17,744 nucleotides of DNA. It comes from Octopus sinensis (taxonomy: Eukaryota). Position numbers and translations under genes: made by a program. Shown here piece by piece: positions 10,332 to 17,744 of the stretch. The stretch is taken from the NCBI RefSeq assembly GCF_006345805.1, contig NW_021824773.1:1-17744 (forward strand). Direction: 5' to 3'. Under the pieces are notes generated by a model that was given only the letters and a program-made list of their open reading frames with translations, made no database searches and was not told the DNA's origin. Every line of letters begins with the position of its first letter. Within the stretch, counting starts at the first letter, position 1.

Positions 10332-10536
10332 GAGCTGGCAGAATCATTAGCATGCCGGGGAAGATGCTTAGTGCCATTTCATCCGTTCTTTCGTTCTGAG
10401 TTCAAATTCTGCCAAGGTCGACATTGCCTTTCAACCTTTCGGAGACAATAAAATAAGTACCAGTCAAGTACTGGAGGCAATGTGATCGACTATTCCTCAC
10501 CCCCAAATTTCAGGCCTTGTGCCTATAGTAGAAAGC

Positions 10537-10538
<2 letters not shown>
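10332..10538 (+). mobile_element. SINE family A copy with type-2 tail followed by (ATT)n
   Basis: GAGCTGGCAGAATCATTAGCATGCCGG...GAGTTCAAATTCTGCCAAGGTCGACATTGCCTTTCAACCTTTCGG...CCCCAAATTTCAGGCCTTGTGCCTATAGTAGAAAG. Confidence 0.88.
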
Positions 10539-10598
<60 letters not shown>

Positions 10599-10620
10599 TA
10601 TTATTATAATTATTATTATT

Positions 10621-10674
10621 CTATGTTTGAGTTTTGCTTTATATTTGTACAAGTTGGCTCCAAGTCTCACCCAG
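10621..10674 (-). mobile_element. 54-bp island in (TAA)n, probable extreme 3' end of a third Dong-like family
   Basis: CTGGGTGAGACTTGGAGCCAACTTGTACAAATATAAAGCAAAACTCAAACATAG is followed by (AAT)n. It shares the A-rich end and a GGG..ACTYGG motif with the neighbouring Dong 3'UTR. Confidence 0.5.
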
Positions 10675-10690
10675 ATTATTATTATTATTA

Positions 10691-10735
<45 letters not shown>

Positions 10736-10764
10736 CATCATCATCATCATCATCATTATTATTA

Positions 10765-10815
<51 letters not shown>

Positions 10816-11241
10816 CTATTTTTTTCTTCTTCTTTCAAATTTGCTTCCATTTCTTGCCGAGTGTCTTCCCGACTCCTAGGGCAAAGAAATTCATAGTATA
10901 CATTGGTAGGCCATTAAACTAAACTCACTAGTTCGTTCATTTTTTTTTAAGTTAAATTTAAATACATGGGTAGTAATAGTTCTCACATCGACAATGCTCT
11001 TCTCAATATATGTGATGTATCAGTTTAGACAATCTTTTGCACTTCTTGCAGGGATGGTAAGCCAGGGATCATTCTCAAATAATTTTCGGCTCCCTTCTTG
11101 ATCATTCCTAGTGCTCCTACGATCACTGGTATTGTAACCGTTTTGAGATGCCACATTTTCTCAATTTCAATGAGCAGGTCTTTATATTTTCTGAGCTTGT
11201 CAAACTCTTTCGCCGAGATATTATGATCACAGTGGATGCAC
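10816..11241 (-). mobile_element. R4/Dong-like non-LTR retrotransposon family 1, 5'-truncated (RLE C-terminus plus 3'UTR)
   Basis: CDHNISAKEFDKLRKYKDLLIEIEKMWHLKTVTIPVIVGALGMIKK...QKIV/TSHILRRALSM* is the restriction-like endonuclease end of R4-clade elements (K..KY.DL, PVIVGALG). It is bounded by (TAA)n on both sides. Confidence 0.85.
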
Positions 11242-11318
11242 ATTATTATTATATTATTATTATTATATTATTATTATTATTATTATTTTATTATTATTAT
11301 TATTATTTTATTATTATT

Positions 11319-12758
11319 CAGTAGTTTATTTTATTTTTATTAGCGTGCTTTCACTTCACTACCGAGCGCAGCTCTGTGTGCCTTGGGTTATGTGCTGTGA
11401 TTTGTTGGTGATGCCTCTGATGGTTATTGTATGGAAAGTGTTCTGCGTAGGAAGTTGTGTGCAGTGCCTAGTAGTGGCATTTTCTGTATGTTATATGTGT
11501 TTGTAAGTCCTGTGTGTTTTTGTTATGTATTTGTCTGAATATTTTTATCATGCCTAATGCACCTACTATGATAGGATTGTTTTGTTTTCAGATTCCACAT
11601 TCTAGTTACCTCTATTTCCAGGTCTTTGTATTTTGAGAGTTTCTCCATTTCTTTAGAGACACGTTGTCATCTGCGGTACTGATACATCAATTAGAAAGCA
11701 TTTTTTTTTTCATGGTCTCTGACAACTATATCTGGTCTGTTGGCCTTAATTTCTCTATCTGTGTGTATCGGCATATCCCAGAGTATGGTTGCTTTCTCGT
11801 TTTCTGTGACTTTTCTGGTGTGTGCCTATACCATCTTTTTCTGTTGTTATTCCATAATGTTGGCATAGCTTCCAATGTATGTAAGTTCCAACTCTGTCAT
11901 GTCTGTGAATATATTCCTTCTTAGCCAGGACTGGGCAGCTAGAGATAATATGATTTATTGTTTCTTGTCATCTCCACATATTCTGCAGTTACTTGTAATA
12001 TTTCTTTTCATTACATGTTTTTGGTAAATTCTGGTGGGGAGGCTTTGGTCTTGTGCTGCAATTAAAAATCCCTCTGTTCGCTTTGAGTCCTGAGCTTCTC
12101 AACCATTGCTGGGATTTTTTCTTTGTCTATTTCTTTGCGTTTAGTTTAGTCCAGTATTTACCATGAAGGGGCTTTTCTTGCCATCGTTTTATCATGGTTC
12201 GTTGCTGTTCTATTTTTAGTTTGGATTTCATTTTTTTTTTAGCTTTGTTGTTCTTCATCTTCTTCTTCTTCTTCATGTTTATTAGGTGGTATGATTCTTG
12301 TTTGTATTGTCAGCTTCCTTAAATACTGAGAACAGTTTTTGTTTTGCTCGTGTTTTGCCGCTATCTGGATCAGTTTTCCTTCCTTCTGAAGTAGATATTT
12401 TTGCAGTCTATGGTGGTTATTTTATAGTAGTTTCCAGCTGTATAAGGCCTCTACCACCTTCTATACGTTGTATATATAGTCTTTCTATGTCAGATTTTGG
12501 GTGATGCATCCTCGATCCTGTCATTATTTTCTTGTTTTCCTGTCTATTTTGGTCAGTTCATTTCGTGTCCAGTTAAGGATATTGTAGCTGTAACTTATAA
12601 CGGACAGTAAAGTGTTGATACCTATTATGTTTTTTTTAGCATTCAGCTCTGTGTTTAGTATTGATCTTACTCGTCTATAATATTCTTTTTTTATTTTCTC
12701 TTTCATTTGTGTGTGTTGTGTCTTATCTAGTTCATGGATTCTAAGTATTGTAAGTTTG
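11319..12758 (-). mobile_element. R4/Dong-like non-LTR retrotransposon family 2, 5'-truncated and frameshifted (RT end, CCHC knuckle, RLE, 3'UTR)
   Basis: Translation across frames gives: a Y(K)YL(G)-like motif, KEKIKKEYYRRVRSILNTELNA, HPKSDIERLYIQRIEGGRGL, CRICG..ETINHIISSCPVLAKKEYIHRHDRV, ANRPDIVVRD..CFLIDVSVP, EKLSKYKDLEIEVTRMW, PIIVGALG, LRRTLSIQ* (stop at 11424-11426). It is flanked by (TAA)n. Confidence 0.92.
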
Positions 12759-12807
12759 TAAGTTATTTGTAAGTTATTTTATTATTATTATTAATATTAT
12801 TTATTAC

Positions 12808-12838
<31 letters not shown>

Positions 12839-12846
12839 TATTATTA

Positions 12847-12934
12847 CTTTTTTTTCTTCTTTCAAATTTGCTTCCATTTCTTGCCGAGTGTATCTTCCCG
12901 ACTCCTGGGCAAAGAAATCATAGTATACATTGGT
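12847..12934 (-). mobile_element. second, heavily 5'-truncated copy of the Dong-like family 1 3'UTR
   Basis: Nearly identical to 10820-10907 (TTCAAATTTGCTTCCATTTCTTGCCGAGTGT..CTTCCCGACTCCT.GGGCAAAGAAAT.CATAGTATACATTGG). Confidence 0.88.
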
Positions 12935-13027
12935 TATTATTATTATTATTATTTTAATTATATATTATCATTATTATTATGATTATTATATTATCATTAA
13001 TATTATTATTATTGTTGTTATTATTAA

Positions 13028-13068
<41 letters not shown>

Positions 13069-13084
13069 TATTATTATCATCATA

Positions 13085-13115
<31 letters not shown>

Positions 13116-13198
13116 CATATTATATTATTATTATTATTATATATATCATATTATTATTTTATTATTAATTTTTATTTTCATTATTATCATTATTATTA

Positions 13199-13231
<33 letters not shown>

Positions 13232-13243
13232 CATCATCATTCA

Positions 13244-13279
<36 letters not shown>

Positions 13280-13376
13280 CATCATTATTATTTTATTTTA
13301 TTATATCATCATTATTATTATTATATTATTATTATTATTATTATTATTATTATCATTATTATTATTATTATTATTA

Positions 13377-13407
<31 letters not shown>

Positions 13408-13424
13408 GTTATTATTATTATATT

Positions 13425-13625
13425 AAGGCGGTGAGATTTTAGAATCTTGAGCACGCGGAGCAAAATGCATAACGGCATTTCGTCAGTTTTAAACGTTCTG
13501 AGTTGAAATTCCGCGAAGATCAACTTTACCTGTTCATCCTATCGGGGTCGATAAAACAAGTACTTTTAAACTTGCTGTCTTCCTTTAAACTTGCTGTCTT
13601 CGAACCAAAATGTGAAGCAATTATT
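13425..13625 (+). mobile_element. SINE family A, diverged, type-2 tail with an internal ~20-bp duplication
   Basis: AAGGCGGTGAG...ACGTTCTGAGTTGAAATTCCGCGAAGATCAACTTTACCTGTTCATCCTATCGGGGTCGATAAAACAAGTAC. TTTAAACTTGCTGTCTTC occurs twice at about 13565-13601. Confidence 0.8.
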
Positions 13626-13759
13626 GTTGATAACATTTGCATAGCTTTGTATGCCTGTTTATGGGTGAATGTGTGTTTATTCTTCATAGCATGTTTACAA
13701 AATGATAATGTATATGTAGCGATATAACTACAGTGTACATGTTCGTGTATGGATATATG

Positions 13760-13801
13760 TTTGTGTGTGTACGTGTGTGTGTTTGTGTGTATGTTAATAT
13801 A

Positions 13802-13856
<55 letters not shown>
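13760..13856. repeat. (TG)n then (GA)n microsatellite
   Basis: Directly visible. Confidence 0.93.
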
Positions 13857-13857
<1 letters not shown>

Positions 13858-13863
<6 letters not shown>

Positions 13864-14077
13864 CTCCACGACAGTTTGACATCTTGCCAACGGTGTTGTG
13901 TATCTACGTCTCCGGAAAAATAGCGGTTCGGCAAAAGAAACTGATAGGACAGTATCAAGTTTTTAAAAATATAAGTACCAGAATCGATTCATTCTGTTCA
14001 AAGTTCTTTACGGTAAAGCCCCCGCTTGGTCGCAGTCTAATGACTAAAGCAAGTGAAAGATAAAATATAAAAGATAA
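13858..14077 (+). mobile_element. SINE family C 3' half, diverged
   Basis: TAGCGGTTCGGCAAAAGAAACTGATAG...TGGTCGCAGTCTAATGACTAAAGCAAGTGAAAGATAAAA matches 8446-8624. Confidence 0.72.
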
Positions 14078-14764
14078 ACATACACATACATACATACATA
14101 CATACATACACACGGTTTGGCACCTATTAAACGTATTTGTAAAACCAGCTAGGACATTCTTTAATTTCCTTCTTTACAAACTGATATACATTTAAATTAA
14201 CTGATTTCACGAGAAGTTTATATGCTGTTGTCAAATGATATCCTTGCGTCGACAGTAGCACAGTTCTGTTTTAAAATATCACGTTCAGAGTTAAGATGGC
14301 TGACTGACGCCTATCTGATCGTCTGCTTCATTCAAATGAATATTTGATATTTATAGGCGACGTGAGGTCACCAGTTTGTTCTAATACCGTGACTATCAAC
14401 GTAACCTTTATTCACGGATCATTTATTTTAATCTCTCGTCTTAACTAATCTCTAGTACACTGATTTATATCCTGTGTACGTATGTCTGTAGTATCAGTGT
14501 AGTTTACCGCGGTTTGCTTACTTAATGAACGGGCTGGTCTAAGACGAAGTTTTCTTTGATTAAGTTTGATATTGGACAGAGATAAAAATTTTGAGATTCA
14601 CTAACTTCCTTGGAAAGCGGAAGTGTTATCTCTGCAGACTGGCGATTTTTCGCCAGACTCTCTGATATAATGTGTCTGTTTTTCGCTACCTACTTACTGT
14701 ATCACCGACATCACTGTTGCCATTCCACCCCGCACCCAACCACGACAGCCGCCCCAAACGTAAA

Positions 14765-14918
14765 ACCAACAACTACCACAAGAAACGCCCCCCACCACCA
14801 CCACAACCACTGCTTATGTCAACACTGTCTCTACTACTACTACTACTACCACTACTACTACTATCACTACTACTACTACTGCTGCTGTTGCTGCTGCTGC
14901 TACTACTACTACCACCAT

Positions 14919-14975
<57 letters not shown>

Positions 14976-15000
14976 ATAATAATAATAATAATAATAATAA
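14765..15000. repeat. compound trinucleotide tract (CCA)/(CTA)/(CTG)/(TAA)
   Basis: Directly visible. Confidence 0.92.
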
Positions 15001-15536
15001 CCAGGCAGTGGCTCTCATGGCTTCTGATCTTAACTGATTGGAAGTGTTATCATGTACATTGTTTTGTCTTGGTATAAAAGATGGGCTACAGCAAATATTC
15101 TGCTCAATACCACAGATTTGCTTGTCAGTTGTTTGACCTTAACCAGTTGAGCATGTCCCTTAGTGGCTGACGATATGTGCATCTCTGATCACGAGCAGAA
15201 GTATTGGGGGAGCATCATAGCCATGTGTTGAGAGGGATCTTTGGGTTTGAATAGTTCACCTCTGGAAACATGGGTGTTCTTTCAACATCCTTAAACAACC
15301 TTATTCAGGGACCGTGAGTGCAGGATGGGCTACTCAAAATGAAGAAAATTCTAACTGGGCCCCACCTGCAAGGTCATGTGCTGTTTATCTTGATATGAGA
15401 TCACCATGTCGCGCACATATGGTTGTGATGCATGTGCCTGGTGTACCTTTATCAGACGGGTAGTCATGATGGGTATATTGGGCTTCGTATATTTTACCCC
15501 AGTGTCACTTTGATGGCATGAACTGCTCTCTCACTC
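15001..15536 (+). mobile_element. non-coding (TAA)n-embedded element, copy 2 (about 15 bp shorter at the inferred 5' end)
   Basis: CCAGGCAGTGGCTCTCATGG...CTGCTCTCTCACTC lies between (TAA)n tracts. It is the inverted homologue of 9667-10214. Confidence 0.87.
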
Positions 15537-15933
15537 AATAATAATAATAATAGTAATAATAATAATAATACGAAAAATTAGTGATTTGCTATTTCAACAA
15601 CTCCGACCACAACAACTACAACCTACAACAACCACCGTCAACACAACAAACTATACTTTAACAACAACAATAACCTAAGTCAGCACTACTATCTCTTCTA
15701 CCACCACCACCGCTACCACCGCCACTACCATCATCACCAACACTGCCACCCCCTCCATTGCCACAACTACCACCACCACCACTACCACCAGCACCAGTAT
15801 CATCAATACGATTACTACTACTATTACTGCAACTGCTGCTACTGATGTTACTACCATTGCCATCACCAACACTACTACTACTACTTGCTGCTGCTGCTGC
15901 TGCTGCTGTTGTTACTGACTTTACCACGACCAA

Positions 15934-15980
<47 letters not shown>

Positions 15981-16130
15981 TCGCCATTATTTAATACAGC
16001 CTCCCTTACACCTCACATTACCGTCATTATGAATATCATTATCATTGCCGCCATCACACCACCAAATCCCACCACCACTTCCGTTAACTTTGATATCATC
16101 ATCAATCATCATCATCATCGCCAACATAAG
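15537..16130. repeat. degenerate trinucleotide tract (AAT, CAA, CCA, CTA, CTG, ATC)
   Basis: Directly visible; produces homopolymeric spurious ORFs on both strands. Confidence 0.88.
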
Positions 16131-16226
16131 CATTATTGTAACACATTCACATATTGCATCTCACCACTACCAATGATAACAAGCAACAACGGCGCCAGAC
16201 ATTATCGTAAACTACATTATACACAA

Positions 16227-16262
<36 letters not shown>

Positions 16263-16290
16263 ACTCATGCACAAATATATATTTATATAT

Positions 16291-16497
16291 TTTTTAATTT
16301 ATTTCAGTCATTTGGACAAATCGATCACAGGACGTATTTTTTGTAAGCCTAGTACTTATTCTAACGGGCTCTGGCCGAACCCGTAAGTTATGGGGACATA
16401 AACACGCCAACATCGGCTATCAAGCGATGTTGGCGGGGACAAAACACTGACAAACAAAACATATACATATGTATACATAAATACATATCTAACATAC

Positions 16498-16545
<48 letters not shown>

Positions 16546-16707
16546 CGAAGGGCTTCTTTCAGTTTCCATCTACCAAATCCACTCACAAGGCCTTAGTCAG
16601 CCCGAGGCTATAGTATAAGACATGCGCCCAAGGTGCCATGCAGTGGGACTGAACTTTGAACCTTGTGGTTGGGAAGCAATTTTCTTACCACACAGCGACG
16701 CCTGCGC
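16291..16707 (-). mobile_element. tRNA-derived SINE family C, near full-length, with internal (TA)/(TATG) microsatellite
   Basis: The reverse-complement head GCGCAGGCGTCGCTGTGTGGTAAG...GTTCAGTCCCACTGCATGGCACCTTGGGC has A/B-box-like and CORE-like motifs. It is followed by an internal microsatellite (16460-16545) and then the 3' half shared with 8446-8624. Confidence 0.88.
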
Positions 16708-16716
16708 TTATATATA

Positions 16717-16911
16717 TATACGGTTCTGAGACATGGACACTGACCAAGAAGCTCACTCAGATGGTGGATGGGTGCTACACGAGAATGCTGAGGAAGGCTC
16801 TGAGCATTCATCAGTATACACCGAGAATGAGGCACTGAGAGCTACCCAATGAATGAGGCACGAGAGCAACCCAAAAGATATCTTGAAAATAACACAGAGG
16901 AGAATGAGGTT
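16717..16911 (+). mobile_element. RTE-group LINE fragment (post-RT region)
   Basis: YGSETWTLTKKLTQMVDGCYTRMLRKALSI and the downstream RRMRF match the YG.E.W...D....R.LR pattern of RTE-type ORFs. It contains a ~27-bp tandem duplication (GAATGAGGCAC.GAGAGC.ACCCAA twice). Confidence 0.78.
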
Positions 16912-17293
16912 TAGAAATATCTTGAGTTTTAAAAGTTGCTAGATTTTCCGTCTACAAAGTTTCTAAGGAGTCAGAGACTGAAGATGGAAACGTATCACCA
17001 GTATCAAAGCATAAAAAAGTATTCTAAACGCTCTGAAATCATCAGAACACCTGAATTTATCCAGCAAATTCAACATAGCATTGATTACAATCCCAGAAAG
17101 CCCATGTAGATGATTTAGATCTCATATAGAAGTAGTTGTTGAAGCTGGAAGTGGCTTTCTTGAATAACATTCTAGAAAAGCAGGTTTATTTTTATCCTCG
17201 TACTATTTTATTTTTTTGATAAATAAAGTTATTATCTATCATTATATATCTACTTTTTATAAACAGGAATCTGTCCTCAAATATCTTACGCAC

Positions 17294-17298
<5 letters not shown>
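16911..17298 (+). mobile_element. internally deleted Tc1/mariner-superfamily remnant (maT/DD37D-like) with probable right terminus
   Basis: An HTH-like N-terminal piece, LEIS*VLKVARFSVYKV...SKRSEIIRTPEFIQQIQHSIDYNPRKPM, is joined directly to the C-terminus FRSHIEVVVEAGSGFLE*. It ends ...TTACGCACCGTG followed by (TA)n, resembling a ...CACCCTG-TA terminus. Confidence 0.65.
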
Positions 17299-17338
<40 letters not shown>

Positions 17339-17339
17339 A

Positions 17340-17516
17340 TACAGAGTACGGTGAATAAACTGTCGTCTAAATGACACAAAAACGAAAGTGGCACTGACGT
17401 CTCATTTTACCATATATTTACCAAAATTACATAAAGATATCTTGAAGTACTAAAGAGTAAATTTATTCAATAGAATCGCCATTGGCTTCAACGACGGCCG
17501 CCAAACGACTTCGGAA
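17340..17516 (-). mobile_element. 3' end of a second maT/Tc1-like transposon
   Basis: The reverse complement encodes FRSRLAAVVEANGDSIE*, a typical Tc1/maT transposase C-terminus. The terminus TA-CAGAGTACGGTG lies at about 17340. Confidence 0.65.
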
Positions 17517-17561
17517 TACATACATACATACATACATACATTCATACATATATATACATAC

Positions 17562-17709
17562 ATTTCTTAATTACCCACAAGGGGCTAAACACAGAGGGGA
17601 CAAACAAGGACAGACATAGGTATTAAGTCAATTACATCGACCCCAGTGCGTAACTGGCACTTAATTTATCGACCCCGAAAGGATGAAAGGCAAAGTCGAC
17701 CCCGGCGGA
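17562..17709 (-). mobile_element. SINE family A, 5'-truncated, type-1 tail
   Basis: The reverse complement closely matches 5364-5512 (TCCGCCGGGGTCGACTTTGCCTTTCATCCTTTCGGGGTCGATAAATTAAGT...TTTAGCCCCTTGTGGGTAAT). It is followed by (GTAT)n. Confidence 0.92.
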
Positions 17710-17744
17710 GGATGTTCATGTGCGCGCGGGAGTTGTGAGTGTGC

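Larger units (their letters stand above)
10215..13423. repeat. (ATT)n/(ATC)n/(AGT)n microsatellite field interrupted by retroelement insertions
   Basis: Tracts at about 10215-10331, 10539-10620, 10675-10815, 11242-11318, 12781-12846 and 12934-13423. Confidence 0.93.

Noticed and set aside
12930-16346. Poly-I/L/Y/S/T/G ORFs resembling membrane, mucin or glycine-rich proteins
   Set aside because: Trinucleotide tracts are open in several frames and on both strands, and no exon structure supports them.

Overview
AT-rich, microsatellite-saturated animal DNA with no recognisable host gene, rRNA, true tRNA or CRISPR array. The repeat content points to an intronic or intergenic region of an Octopus (coleoid cephalopod) genome; this is inference. 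Nearly all listed ORFs are microsatellite artefacts. The window holds: (1) three families of tRNA-derived SINEs, here called A, B and C, in about 12 copies or fragments, including a head-truncated tandem SINE-A array with an exact 201-bp duplication; (2) a dead DD34D mariner with one Hsmar1-like TIR, and two probable maT/DD37D-like remnants; (3) a 3.8-kb (ATT)n tract carrying co-oriented 5'-truncated R4/Dong-like LINE pieces (RT end, CCHC knuckle, restriction-like endonuclease); (4) two inverted copies of a ~545-bp non-coding element that sits only in (TAA)n; (5) a probable L1/Tx1-like 3' end with a long flanking duplication, whose last ~50 nt match the tail of one SINE-A subfamily; (6) an RTE fragment. 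The best candidates for undescribed biology are the (TAA)n-targeted non-autonomous element paired with Dong, and the SINE-A/Tx1-like tail partnership with apparent self-insertion. Coordinates were read by eye, and degenerate boundaries are approximate.
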